Shown: piece by piece, positions 36,422-46,543 of the stretch | Position numbering within the stretch: the first letter of the stretch is position 1 | How the letters are laid out: every line of letters starts with the position of its first letter | IMG/VR virus record: IMGVR_UViG_3300034069_001154 | Span: 87-64,086 of that record | Source of the DNA: a virus | Length of the DNA stretch: 64,000 nucleotides | Strand: one strand, 5' to 3' | The notes under the pieces: model-generated | Seen by the model: only the letters and a program-made list of their open reading frames with translations | The model's database searches: none | Told to the model about the DNA's origin: nothing | Program-made: the position numbers and the translations under genes

Positions 36422-36866
36422 TACCTGGGTCTATTCCTTTAAGAGTCAAATCAGTACCTAGTTTCATTCTAAAGGTCCTATCCCCACCACCTATGTAACT
36501 CGTACTTCTGACCATAATAGGTGCATACTTAAGACTAGTTAAGGATCTTGAACACTCTATCAAGTCTCTAGCCATATTTAGTGTTATTGTTTTATTATTA
36601 AAAGCCCTAACAGTCTTTATTAAGTATAACTTTTCTATTGAACTATAACTATTACTACCTAGTTTTTCTAATATTAGACCCTTACTTTTATCTGAAATGG
36701 GGGAGCAACAATATCCATCATTATACTCCGTAAACCAATTATCTAGGATCCAGCAAGGCATTTTAATTGGTATAAAAACGTAATCTATATTATTTGAAAC
36801 ATAATACACTCTCTTTATAATAATCTCTTTCTTCATTTCTACATATAAGGAATTATGAGGAAACAA
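36375..36866 (-). CDS. hypothetical protein, paralog family 2 (true start probably MKKEII)
   Basis: FIPIKMP and KTITLN motifs; promoter motif at about 36841-36860. Confidence 0.65.
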   Translation of the reverse strand: MFPHNSLYVEMKKEIIIKRVYYVSNNIDYVFIPIKMPCWILDNWFTEYNDGYCCSPISDKSKGLILEKLGSNSYSSIEKLYLIKTVRAFNNKTITLNMARDLIECSRSLTSLKYAPIMVRSTSYIGGGDRTFRMKLGTDLTLKGIDPGIDEIFTKLIQDEEKL

Positions 36867-36892
36867 AAAAAGAATAATACAAGTCTAATGTA

Positions 36893-37396
36893 CTACTCTC
36901 TTACTGACTTCTGATACAAGCCAGCTATTAGGTATTCAACTTTTAATCTATTGTCTATTTTTAGAATTTCTGTATCTTCTATTATAATCTCTCTTCGTTC
37001 ACAGGTCGTACCTCCGAAACCAACACCTTCTATACTAACTAACCCGCCACTATAATCTAGGTCAAACCAAGGTGAAGTAGTTGCAATAGTAGGGGTCCAC
37101 CAAGAGAGTGCATATCTTAGTAATTTATCAGTCATCCACTTAGCGTTTATAGATTCAGGTATTGCTTGGTAGTTATGATTGAATAGAGTCAACAGTATAT
37201 TAACTTCTGTAAGCTCACACTTATTGTATAATTCCAATAGCTGTTCAATTTCTACCTTAGCTAGTCCATTATTAAAGTAATAATCACTCTTGAAAATATA
37301 CTCCTTATAATCTTTAGGATACTTGAGTTTAACTGGGAGAACAACTCTGTAATAGTCATACTTCCTAGTTATTCCCACTTCTATCTTTCTTTTCAT
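36893..37396 (-). CDS. hypothetical protein, paralog family 2
   Basis: VLPVKL and KWMTDK motifs. Confidence 0.7.
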   Translation of the reverse strand: MKRKIEVGITRKYDYYRVVLPVKLKYPKDYKEYIFKSDYYFNNGLAKVEIEQLLELYNKCELTEVNILLTLFNHNYQAIPESINAKWMTDKLLRYALSWWTPTIATTSPWFDLDYSGGLVSIEGVGFGGTTCERREIIIEDTEILKIDNRLKVEYLIAGLYQKSVRE

Positions 37397-37910
37397 CTAA
37401 TAGTAGGTTATATTGGGTGATTACAAAGACTTCGTACGCCTGACTGTATGAGTACAAGTTCTTACAAAATATTTCCCTTGGGTCATATTCTAGTGTTAAG
37501 TCCTCTATTGATACTCTGTACTGGTCATATCCACCTATCAACGATTTTATCAGGCTTTCATCACTCTGGTTACGATAAATAATATTTTGATAGAACTCTT
37601 CATACATCAGAATCTCTTTGGCATTCTTTCCAGTAATTAATTTAAATTCTCGTGGTTTTTGGTACTCTAAGATCTCAAAACCTCTGTCAAATATTATATA
37701 ATAATCTTCTAAGCACCTTGATGGATCACCTATTAACTCCTCTGCTCTTACTTTAGCATTGGTGTAACTACTAAAACAATTCACCAACACCTTAGACCCA
37801 TCATCCAACGTATCAGCTACATCTTTCGTAAGACATAGTTGTGTGGGAAAAAGTAGTAATTCATATCCTCTATCCTTATCCCTTATTATCTTTAGGTTAA
37901 TCTTCTCCAT
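37365..37910 (-). CDS. hypothetical protein, paralog family 2
   Basis: LFPTQL and KLITGK motifs. Confidence 0.7.
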   Translation of the reverse strand: MEKINLKIIRDKDRGYELLLFPTQLCLTKDVADTLDDGSKVLVNCFSSYTNAKVRAEELIGDPSRCLEDYYIIFDRGFEILEYQKPREFKLITGKNAKEILMYEEFYQNIIYRNQSDESLIKSLIGGYDQYRVSIEDLTLEYDPREIFCKNLYSYSQAYEVFVITQYNLLLDEKKDRSGNN

Positions 37911-38436
37911 CTACTATGTATCTTAGAAACAGACCTGCGTTTTTGTTTAGATCCCAAGAACTCAAGTCTCCTAAGTTCAACTCTACATCATTAAATTTCA
38001 TCTTCCCTTTCAACCTCTTACCTACTGACTTTATATACTCGCCAGACTCTATAAAACTAGGATTGAAAAACTCTAGACTATAGATGGGATCTTTCAGTGA
38101 TTCATCTATTAAAGCCTCTAAGAATTTCTTGCTTGGGTATTTAAGACTTGGGTTCATAAGGTCCAATCTAACATATAAGTCTAAGTCAACATAACCGTCA
38201 GAGAGTGAACTACTAGCACCAAACCTACTAACACAAAAACACCTCCACTCCTGTTCAAAGAAATCTATATTACTATGACAAACCGTAACAGGTCTAAAGC
38301 CTTCGGCACATAGTTCTAGTTCCATCACAAAATTATCGGGGAGTCTAACTTTAATGGGGAAGATTGCATTAGACCTTACTGTATCAATGTAAGTATATTC
38401 TAAAGACTCTGCTGTAAATAATACATCTAGTTTCAT
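37897..38436 (-). CDS. hypothetical protein, paralog family 2
   Basis: IFPIKVRLP and KYPSKK motifs. Confidence 0.7.
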   Translation of the reverse strand: MKLDVLFTAESLEYTYIDTVRSNAIFPIKVRLPDNFVMELELCAEGFRPVTVCHSNIDFFEQEWRCFCVSRFGASSSLSDGYVDLDLYVRLDLMNPSLKYPSKKFLEALIDESLKDPIYSLEFFNPSFIESGEYIKSVGKRLKGKMKFNDVELNLGDLSSWDLNKNAGLFLRYIVDGED

Positions 38437-38969
38437 ATATAAGTAGTGTCTAATAGATTAATAACTTCTGGATTTCTCTTCCAGAATATAGATTTTACAT
38501 CCAGCATTCCTATCTTACTTGTTTCTATTCTATCTACCTTAAGGCTTGTAAAATTATAATAGTTAGCATAGTATGGGCCATAGAATGCACCTACCGCAAA
38601 ATTATTGGTTATAGACTCCTTACACATATCTACTACCTGCTTAGAAGTTAGATACTTACTTACATTACGATACTCACATAATACTAGGTACAGTTTCAAT
38701 GGTTCAAAAAACATAACAGCTTGGCCAACTCTAAAATAGTCTATGTAAAAAAGAGAGTTGTACAGAGTATTCATTAAGTACTCCTCTTGTTCTTTCTCAC
38801 TGCCACTATTTCCAAGTACCTCCTCTATCATATTTGATGGATTAGCTTTATGAATCCTCAAGTACTTACTAAGTTGGTAGGTACTATCTGTAAATCTAGG
38901 AACTTTCACTACTAGCTCCACACATATCTTCAAACGATTACCTGGATTATATGCCGCTACTAATTTCAT
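38433..38969 (-). CDS. hypothetical protein, paralog family 2
   Basis: LVVKVP and KYLTSK motifs. Confidence 0.7.
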   Translation of the reverse strand: MKLVAAYNPGNRLKICVELVVKVPRFTDSTYQLSKYLRIHKANPSNMIEEVLGNSGSEKEQEEYLMNTLYNSLFYIDYFRVGQAVMFFEPLKLYLVLCEYRNVSKYLTSKQVVDMCKESITNNFAVGAFYGPYYANYYNFTSLKVDRIETSKIGMLDVKSIFWKRNPEVINLLDTTYI

Positions 38970-39025
38970 ATACTGGTTTTATAAAAGTAAGGCTACCTAA
39001 CATAGATAACCTTACTCTAATATTT

Positions 39026-39760
39026 CTAGAACTTGGTCTTAATCTCATCAATCAAGCCAAACTCACCATAGACACCTGGAAGACACTGACTAGCCATCAA
39101 CCAGTTATCTCTCTCACAGTCAGCATTTATCTCCTCATAAGACTTTCCACTAGCCTCTGCAAGAATCATCTGAAGCTCCTTACGTAGTACACTAGTCTCC
39201 TCACTAAGAATTCTAATGTCAGTTTCTTGATGATGACCTGCACCTGTACCTGATAATGGCTGGTGGATCATAATTCTAGAATGCTTAAGTGCGTATCTAT
39301 GACCTCTTGTACCACCACACATCAGAATACTTCCCATACTAGCCGCCAAGCCAATACAGTACACATTGATCACTACACCTTCTGCCTTAATCATTTCCAT
39401 CAAGTCATAAAGTGCAAGGCCATAGTATACATCACCACCAGGAGTTGCAATATACATAGTAATTGGCTCCTTACTGACAGCTACCATATACAAGAGTTGA
39501 CACATTGCCGTTACCACTGAGTCTCTATTAACATCAGCATCAAAGAACAATGTACGATTCTTAAGGAGTTCAGAGAATACATCAACCTGTACTGTTCTTA
39601 TGTTCTCACTCTCCTTGATAATATAGGGTGATACATAATCTTTCGGTGTGTTTATGTTAATTCCACCACCTCTAATAGATGATGCCATAACTTGTAGTCT
39701 CTCATTACTGATACCACTACTTACTTTTCTACCTCTCAGCTTACTAAAAATACTTTTCAT
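39026..39760 (-). CDS. clpP: ATP-dependent Clp protease proteolytic subunit
   Basis: DVFSELLKNR, YIATPGG, AASMG (Ser), MIHQP (His), ERDNWL (Asp), GLIDEI. Confidence 0.92.
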   Translation of the reverse strand: MKSIFSKLRGRKVSSGISNERLQVMASSIRGGGININTPKDYVSPYIIKESENIRTVQVDVFSELLKNRTLFFDADVNRDSVVTAMCQLLYMVAVSKEPITMYIATPGGDVYYGLALYDLMEMIKAEGVVINVYCIGLAASMGSILMCGGTRGHRYALKHSRIMIHQPLSGTGAGHHQETDIRILSEETSVLRKELQMILAEASGKSYEEINADCERDNWLMASQCLPGVYGEFGLIDEIKTKF

Positions 39761-39773
39761 TTGTCTTTTATTA

Positions 39774-40256
39774 TTAAATACTAAAATTTTCTGATATCTT
39801 ACAAATTTCCCAGATTAAACACCATAGTTTTTGTCTATATAAGAACTCTCTCATCTCTGAAGGATAGGTTCTAAAGTCATCTAGGCCGAACTTACCTAAA
39901 AACCTCCCTGCATTTCTGATATTTACCTTCATATACTTGGATTGGTCTACATTACCTAAGTATAATCCTGATATATCCTTTAACTTCTTTAACCACATAT
40001 ACGCTCTATCATAGTAACCCTCTAGCCTACGAAGTTTCAAGCTAAATAACATACGATCTGCCTTACTATATATGACGTAAACAAGAGAGTTGAATTCTCT
40101 TGTGATGCTATCATGAAACATTGCATCAAAGGTATTATTCATTAAACGCCTGCCCAGCTCTTCTCTTGTTATTTCATGTTCTACTATGTATTCCCTCAGT
40201 TTATCTAAGAATACATTAACACTTACTATCTTTCCGCTCATACGCCTAAGTACCAC
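39774..40256 (-). CDS. hypothetical protein
   Basis: 160 aa; similar size and C-terminal L.CL motif to 40238-40729. Confidence 0.65.
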   Translation of the reverse strand: MVLRRMSGKIVSVNVFLDKLREYIVEHEITREELGRRLMNNTFDAMFHDSITREFNSLVYVIYSKADRMLFSLKLRRLEGYYDRAYMWLKKLKDISGLYLGNVDQSKYMKVNIRNAGRFLGKFGLDDFRTYPSEMREFLYRQKLWCLIWEICKISENFSI

Positions 40257-40729
40257 TTATTAATTCCACGTTCAAATAATAGACACAGTAGGTTCATAGC
40301 TTTACGACATCTCAAGTCTATCTCCGCCATATACGCATCTGATGTTCTCTCGTCTGGCTTAACAAACCTGTCATAATTACTCTGATTCACACGTACTGCC
40401 ATAGGGTCCCAATTGAATAACAGTATATTTGAGACATTATACAGTAGGATAATTTTCTTAAGTTCCCTAGGTGAGATTATTAGTTCTCCATTCTTAGCAC
40501 TACCTATTATAGACCTGGTTCTTAGATTAATATAATCTAAGAATGAACTAAATAATGACCTACATGAAGTCGCATTATTAGTTATAAAGAGATCACGTAC
40601 AGTATCTTTTTCTGCTAGCTCATCTAAGGTCCTACTACTTATCATAGGGTCCTTTAACTTATTACTTATTTGTTCAATCGCTAATTTTCTTGTTCTTAAT
40701 TTTCTCATCTCTATATATAAGGAATTCAC
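40238..40729 (-). CDS. hypothetical protein (true start probably MRKLRT)
   Basis: ORF downstream of a divergent promoter pair at about 40715-40755. Confidence 0.65.
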   Translation of the reverse strand: MNSLYIEMRKLRTRKLAIEQISNKLKDPMISSRTLDELAEKDTVRDLFITNNATSCRSLFSSFLDYINLRTRSIIGSAKNGELIISPRELKKIILLYNVSNILLFNWDPMAVRVNQSNYDRFVKPDERTSDAYMAEIDLRCRKAMNLLCLLFERGINKWYLGV

Positions 40730-40756
40730 GTGCTGGAAGATCTAGAAACCTTATAA

Positions 40757-41191
40757 GTGAGTATGAAAATAAAAGTAGTAACAGAGAAAGAAGACATAGT
40801 TGACGATACTATGTTATTATGTAAAGAAGGAGTGATGTATAATGATGAACTACTACCATGCCAAGAAGTAATAGAACTAGGTGGTATGAAAGTTTACGTC
40901 CTACACTCCGGCGGAATTGATCAGAGCAAGACAAGTTTTCCAATAAGGGTAGACTTAATTGTATCTGACTTAATGCCGCTCTGTTTTGAACCGCCGATTA
41001 TGAGGGACGTGGATGAAGACTACGATACCTGGAATGAAAGACTGGGGTTGAGGAAATATATAACCACAGCATTTGAAAACATACAGGCTAAGTACTGGAT
41101 AAGCGGTGGTAAGGTAGATGATAATTACTCTAAGAATTATGGTGACCTATTGTATAAGAACCTAATAAATAAAGAGGAGATTGAACTATGA
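40757..41191 (+). CDS. hypothetical protein
   Basis: 144 aa directly after a promoter motif. Confidence 0.7.
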   Translation: MSMKIKVVTEKEDIVDDTMLLCKEGVMYNDELLPCQEVIELGGMKVYVLHSGGIDQSKTSFPIRVDLIVSDLMPLCFEPPIMRDVDEDYDTWNERLGLRKYITTAFENIQAKYWISGGKVDDNYSKNYGDLLYKNLINKEEIEL

Positions 41192-41406
41192 TCAGTAAGG
41201 AGGTGAAAGAGTTTTTGATCATGCTATTGACTATAGGTTTAATATTAGTCGTTGTGTTTACGGTAATGAACTTGACAAGAGGCACTAAGTCAGAGTTTCA
41301 ACAAAAAGTGGACTCTGCATTAGACGCAATCAAGGACACTAAGAAAGATACAGTGATCACAGTTAAGAGTGGAAAAACTAAGATGGTAATTAAAGTTAAG
41401 AAGTAA
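41188..41406 (+). CDS. small single-TM protein
   Basis: Hydrophobic residues 9-28, basic C-terminus. Confidence 0.65.
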   Translation: MISKEVKEFLIMLLTIGLILVVVFTVMNLTRGTKSEFQQKVDSALDAIKDTKKDTVITVKSGKTKMVIKVKK

Positions 41407-41702
41407 TGGAAAATTTATTAACAGCTAGCGAATTAAAGGACGAGGTACTAAAGATAGTAAAAAATTTAGAACCTCAGGTAGAAGACGAGTGTAGTAGAAT
41501 AATTGAATTACTACTAAACGAACTAATAGCCGGTAAAAACTCACTAACTGAAGAATATAATAGCGAAGTGGGAATTATAAAGCTATCTCTTGTTAAAAAT
41601 CGACTAACTGACTTAGGGTACAAGGTTGAACTAAGAGAGGAAGAGAGAAAAGAAAACTACTACGAACACAGCTACTATTATGTGCTGAACGTTAGAATAT
41701 AA
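41406..41702 (+). CDS. hypothetical protein
   Basis: 98 aa, TAATG coupling. Confidence 0.7.
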   Translation: MENLLTASELKDEVLKIVKNLEPQVEDECSRIIELLLNELIAGKNSLTEEYNSEVGIIKLSLVKNRLTDLGYKVELREEERKENYYEHSYYYVLNVRI

Positions 41703-41719
41703 ACTTTAATACTAATACT

Positions 41720-41911
41720 ATGAGCGATGACACAGTGGCTAAAAAATTAGTTGGCCTGGAAAGTAAGATGAAAGAATTGCTAAGGAGGACAGAAAAACTA
41801 AACAAGAAAGCCAAGAAAACAGATGACATAATAGATTCACTTAGGAGAGAAAATAAACTTCTCAAGAAAGAATTAAGTGGTGTCAAACGAAAAATATTGC
41901 AAGAATTATAA
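41720..41911 (+). CDS. small coiled-coil protein
   Basis: Heptad pattern; terminator follows. Confidence 0.6.
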   Translation: MSDDTVAKKLVGLESKMKELLRRTEKLNKKAKKTDDIIDSLRRENKLLKKELSGVKRKILQEL

Positions 41912-41964
41912 AATCAGGTTGGGTCTAGGAGAAATACTTAGACCTGACCTTTATTCGTTCGTAT

Positions 41965-42564
41965 ATGATAGTTAGACAATTTATGTACGTTGATACTGTA
42001 AAACTGGGAATCTATATTTTTCCAGAGGTTCCTATTAAGATATATGGTGCTGGTTACTTTCTAGATTACTTAAGCGAGAAACAGTTTTATGACCTCTTGA
42101 ATGATTTTAGGTGGGGAAGAAAAAAGGAAGTTGATAAGATCCTAGATTTCATAGGTTACGTTGATAAACACCTAGTAAAAGTATGGCCGGGGTATTATAT
42201 TCTCAACTCTGGAAAAATGCCCACTAAGAAATCATTAATTAGGAAGATGTGTATAGAGGATGACGGTAACCTGACTTTTAGACTAGAACAAAGACTTCCA
42301 GCAAGACATATTAGGGTTAGCTACGGGAGAGATGAAGTGTCAGATACAGTAATAGCTAAGACATTTAAACGAAACCTAGAAGACTATAAAATACCGCAGA
42401 AGAAATTAATTGATAGAATGTGGAAAGAGTCTTTAGTAGAGGGTGAACCGCTGAGGAATAGATTTTACTTGGGAAGATCTGGCGTTATTAATATGCTTGG
42501 GTTCTATGCGGCGGGTTATCATGGAATTAATATGTTGAACAATAAATATAAGTACTTATTATGA
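41965..42564 (+). CDS. hypothetical protein, paralog family 2-like
   Basis: IFPEVPIKI and KMPTKK motifs. Confidence 0.65.
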   Translation: MIVRQFMYVDTVKLGIYIFPEVPIKIYGAGYFLDYLSEKQFYDLLNDFRWGRKKEVDKILDFIGYVDKHLVKVWPGYYILNSGKMPTKKSLIRKMCIEDDGNLTFRLEQRLPARHIRVSYGRDEVSDTVIAKTFKRNLEDYKIPQKKLIDRMWKESLVEGEPLRNRFYLGRSGVINMLGFYAAGYHGINMLNNKYKYLL

Positions 42565-43319
42565 TTAGTCATGTTACAGCTTATACAGGAACAGATGAAA
42601 ATCCTGGTGATTATAGAGCTTTCAGGTTACGTGATTATAAACTATTGCCTGACAGTACTGGATATCTCTCTGAAATAATAGAGACGGTCTACTCAGCATA
42701 CAGTGGACTAAAGAAACTAGATCTCAATAAACTTCCACGACTAGGATTTAGTATTAACCTACCAATTGACTTTTTTATAGAGTTTCGGTATGAAGTTTCG
42801 TATAGTAAAGGTGGAGCAATAGTAGAGACACTAACTTATCGAGAAGGCATAGAAGAAGATGAGGAAGTACTATCTTATAATAAGGAGGATGGACTGAAGC
42901 TACTAACAGAAAATCCTGATATAGTAATAGACTTTCTGACTGATGACCCGTATGACTTGGTTAATACAGATCTTGACCTAGTAATTCCAAGGATCATGCC
43001 TAAAGTATTTGATGGTATGGTGAATATAAAAAGGGCAGAGATTAGCAAGAAAGAGGAGGTTAGGAAAGGAATTCTAAGTAGGATCAGTGAAAAATTCTTC
43101 AAAGTTGATACAGACAGCGTAGATGACCTATTACTAGTAAAGAAGGAAATATGTAAGGCCCTGTCTAATAGTAAAGATTGTTTCTTAGTTGTCTCTGAGG
43201 TACCTAAAGATTTTATTAGTACTGATGTTGACATAATAGGCCTACTAGATAATAGTGAGTGTAGCCTGATCCTAGACCGCCCTACTGAACAAGAAGATAA
43301 TTTCGTACTACTAAGTTAG
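42561..43319 (+). CDS. hypothetical protein
   Basis: 252 aa acidic ORF. Confidence 0.7.
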   Translation: MISHVTAYTGTDENPGDYRAFRLRDYKLLPDSTGYLSEIIETVYSAYSGLKKLDLNKLPRLGFSINLPIDFFIEFRYEVSYSKGGAIVETLTYREGIEEDEEVLSYNKEDGLKLLTENPDIVIDFLTDDPYDLVNTDLDLVIPRIMPKVFDGMVNIKRAEISKKEEVRKGILSRISEKFFKVDTDSVDDLLLVKKEICKALSNSKDCFLVVSEVPKDFISTDVDIIGLLDNSECSLILDRPTEQEDNFVLLS

Positions 43320-43368
43320 CCTAAAAGTCTTATTAGTAGAGAAATAAAATATATTATTAATTAAAATT

Positions 43369-46038
43369 ATGAGAGAAACAGAATTATCAAGAGATTTGAA
43401 AGTTATTTTTGCAATGTGTTATAACTTTGCAGTAGAAAATAAGCTAAAGACAGTAACAGTCGACAACTTATTATATAATATTTTCAATTTCTACTTTGAA
43501 TTTGGTGCGAGGGAAGACTTAGATAGGATGATTGATCAAGAATTCAAAAAAATCCCAGCCGCAAGTAAAATGGATCTCCTAGAAAAGCTGAAGAACCTAG
43601 CAGCCGAAAGATGTAAGGTTAGTCAAGAGGAAGAATCATCATGGCTACCTGAGAATATTGTAATGCATGAGGACCTACAGACTATCTTGGATGAATCAGT
43701 AGACCTAACAAAAGATCAAGGAAGAACTGATGGTATCCTTCGAGTTGATGCAGTCCTGAGAAGTATGATGGATTGGATCAAGGAAGAAACGGCAGTAAAT
43801 GCAGTGGTTGATTTTGAAGTGCTTGACAAGGAAAAGGCAGATAAGCTTGTGGAACTTGTCAACATGGAACATAACTACATGAACAAAGACTCTATTAATG
43901 AGCTCTTTGATTCACTACAAGGTATGTTTAAGGAGAAGAGAATTGACTACGACGACAATCAATCAGGGGTAGTAGATTCATCAAGTAGTACATCATCAAG
44001 CAGCACTACAATGAATAGTCTGAACAAAGAGGATGATGAATTCGAAGCTTGGGGACAGAGTGAAGGTATTAATGTTAGTGATGTCAGTGAAGATAGCACT
44101 ACCCCTACACTTGATTCCTTTAGCCGTGATATGACAAAGGAAGCTAAGGGGGATAACTACGATCCTGTTATTGGTAGAGAGGATATCGTAGATGCAATTA
44201 TTGAAATCCTTAGCAAGCGTAGAAAACCAAACGTCAGCATCACAGGAAAGGCAGGTATTGGTAAGAGTGCAATTGTTGAAAGACTTGCACAGAGAATTGC
44301 AGCCGGTGATGTACCAGAGGCCTTGCAAGATAAAAGAATATGCAGTCTCAACCTCAATGACTTAGTAGCAGGTACGAAGTATAGAGGAGAATACGAAGAG
44401 AGACTCAAGAATATTATCAAAGAAGTCTGCAACGATAAGTCAGTAATCATCTATATCGACGAACTCCATAACTTAGTAGGTAATGGTAGTAACTCAGGAA
44501 ATGGTGATGCTGCTAATATTCTCAAACCATACCTTGCGCGCGGAGAATTTCAGTGTATTGGATCTACAACCGATGAAGAATATAGAAAGTTCATTGAAAA
44601 AGATGCAGCACTTAACAGAAGATTCACACAGGTATCAGTAAAAGAACCAAGCGCGCAAGAAACTGTTAAGATCTTGAAAGGTGTCTGCAAGAAATATGAA
44701 GAATTCCACCATGTTAAAATTGGGAAGGATGTCATTGATACTTGCGTCGAATGGTCTCAGAGGTATGTAAAAGATAAGAACCAACCAGATAAAGCCGTAG
44801 AAGTCATGGACATGGCTGGAGCAATCGTAAAACTGAAACAGACCGTTGATAGAACTAAGCAGAGGGAACTAGAAGAAAAACTCACCTCTATTACCGACGC
44901 GAAAATCAAAGAAGCAATGAATACTAACTTTGATGAAGCTGAGAAAATACAGACAGAGGAGTCTAGTGCTAAGGATGATCTAAACAAGGAAGTAGAGAGA
45001 ATCAACAAGGAACTGAGTGATAGGAAGAATTGGCCTACTATTACAGTCGAAGATGTAGCAGAGGCAGTTGGAAAAATCAGTAAGGTGCCAGTTGATGCAA
45101 TTAGAAAGACAGATCGAGAGAAGCTGAAAGAAATGAAGAACACCCTGGAAACAAGAGTGATCGGACAACAAGAGGCAATCGATACAGTCACTAACGTCAT
45201 CGATCAAAATGTACTGGGACTTAGAGCTGATCATAAACGCCCACTTGGTAGTTTCTTGATGGTAGGTCCTAGTGGTGTTGGTAAGTCACTCATCTGTAAA
45301 GAACTAGCCACAACATTCTATGGGTCAGAAGATAGCCTGATTAGAATTGATGGCAACACACTGAAAGATGATACCTCCGTTAATTCACTCATTGGCGTAG
45401 GTGCTGGATATGTAGGTTTTGATAGCGAACCTCAATTATTACAGGTCAAGAGAAAACCTAACAGCGTCCTACTAATCGATGAAGTAGAAAAAATGAGCCC
45501 TAAGATCTTTGATATCTTCTTGACAATCTTGGATGAAGGTAAGATCAAATTGGCTGATGCAACAACAGAGGTGGACTTCTCATCATGTGTTATCATCTTC
45601 ACTGGTAATATAGGAACAAAAGAACTAGCTGGGGATGTTAATATCGGATTTAACACGCCAAACAGAGAAGAAAAGAAAAAGAGAAATGAAGCTATCGTAC
45701 AAGCAGCCATTAAGAGAACGTTTAGGCCAGAATTCATAGGTCGACTTAGTAGTATAGTTATCTTCAATGAACTTGGGGATACAGAACTTAAGAAGATACT
45801 TGAACTGGAACTGGGAAAAATCAAAAAGCAGTTCACAAAAACTAAGCTGTCTCTGAAGGTTAGCGCGAAATTTAAGGATCATATAGTAAAATCTTGTGAT
45901 CCGAAGTATGGCGCTAGAGACTTGAGACGATTACTGGAAAAGAATCTCATCACACAAGTAAGCCAGTATATGATAGAAAACATAGACGCTACGAAATTTA
46001 ATGTAGACTTTGATGGCAATAATGTAGTGGTGAATTAA
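43369..46038 (+). CDS. clpC: ClpC-type AAA+ chaperone / ClpP partner ATPase
   Basis: Two NBDs (GKAGIGKS..IYIDELH; GPSGVGKS..LIDEVEK), short UVR-type middle domain, IGF loop (VNIGFN), RPEFIGRL, GARDLRR. Confidence 0.9.
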   Translation: MRETELSRDLKVIFAMCYNFAVENKLKTVTVDNLLYNIFNFYFEFGAREDLDRMIDQEFKKIPAASKMDLLEKLKNLAAERCKVSQEEESSWLPENIVMHEDLQTILDESVDLTKDQGRTDGILRVDAVLRSMMDWIKEETAVNAVVDFEVLDKEKADKLVELVNMEHNYMNKDSINELFDSLQGMFKEKRIDYDDNQSGVVDSSSSTSSSSTTMNSLNKEDDEFEAWGQSEGINVSDVSEDSTTPTLDSFSRDMTKEAKGDNYDPVIGREDIVDAIIEILSKRRKPNVSITGKAGIGKSAIVERLAQRIAAGDVPEALQDKRICSLNLNDLVAGTKYRGEYEERLKNIIKEVCNDKSVIIYIDELHNLVGNGSNSGNGDAANILKPYLARGEFQCIGSTTDEEYRKFIEKDAALNRRFTQVSVKEPSAQETVKILKGVCKKYEEFHHVKIGKDVIDTCVEWSQRYVKDKNQPDKAVEVMDMAGAIVKLKQTVDRTKQRELEEKLTSITDAKIKEAMNTNFDEAEKIQTEESSAKDDLNKEVERINKELSDRKNWPTITVEDVAEAVGKISKVPVDAIRKTDREKLKEMKNTLETRVIGQQEAIDTVTNVIDQNVLGLRADHKRPLGSFLMVGPSGVGKSLICKELATTFYGSEDSLIRIDGNTLKDDTSVNSLIGVGAGYVGFDSEPQLLQVKRKPNSVLLIDEVEKMSPKIFDIFLTILDEGKIKLADATTEVDFSSCVIIFTGNIGTKELAGDVNIGFNTPNREEKKKRNEAIVQAAIKRTFRPEFIGRLSSIVIFNELGDTELKKILELELGKIKKQFTKTKLSLKVSAKFKDHIVKSCDPKYGARDLRRLLEKNLITQVSQYMIENIDATKFNVDFDGNNVVVN

Positions 46039-46039
46039 A

Positions 46040-46085
46040 GCAGAAAAACCCTGGGGAGAAAATCCTCGGGGTAATTTTTTTTTGC
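46040..46085 (+). terminator. intrinsic terminator after clpC
   Basis: ACCCTGGGG..CCTCGGGGT hairpin plus T-tract. Confidence 0.65.
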
Positions 46086-46109
46086 ACATTTTCTTTATGT
46101 TGCAAAAAA

Positions 46110-46440
46110 ACATAAAGCTAAGCCTCTGGAGCGTAGCGGAGGGCAAACTTGAGGTAAGTATGTTACTTCTGAATTGACGAATGACATGAAGTGGAGCGTC
46201 AGCGGAACGGGAATGGAATGAGGAAACAGAAGAAGTTCCATGTCAAAGAGAACTAGCAAAATGATCAGTAAAAGAGATACCTCAGATCGCTTCGCTCCCC
46301 TCGGCATCACTGATCATTTCACTATGCGGCTTCGCCTTAGAGGGACTGAAGAAGAGATTATGATTTTTATGACTGACCGAATTCCGAGATTGGAGCGGAG
46401 CGAAAATCGAGGGAATGAGTGGCAGTTCCATTACCAAAAT
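46110..46440. repeat. GC-rich hairpin cluster with GAGCG-N-AGCG motifs; putative origin or protein-binding array 2
   Basis: TGGAGCGTAGCGGA, GTGGAGCGTCAGCGGAA, TCGCTTCGCTCC, GCGGCTTCGCC, TTGGAGCGGAGCGAA, mostly within inverted repeats (TGACATG/CATGTCA, ATGATCAGT/ACTGATCAT). Confidence 0.6.
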
Positions 46441-46543
46441 TTTATAATATCTTAGCTTTTATATACCTAATTACATACATAATAGTAAATATACATGTAA
46501 CATTTTTTATGTGATATTATCTATTACTTAGCAATTATATACT

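Noticed and set aside
43996-46146. Minus-strand ORFs inside clpC and other antisense ORFs in the track (for example 5963, 7139, 21305, 23448, 27560, 42875, 47688, 61964)
   Set aside because: Fully overlapped by recognisable genes on the opposite strand or frame; no promoter or coupling support
46095-46455. Two 71 aa ORFs over the GC-rich hairpin cluster
   Set aside because: Products read as translations of repeat motifs, with no matching ORF in the homologous cluster at 3140-3480
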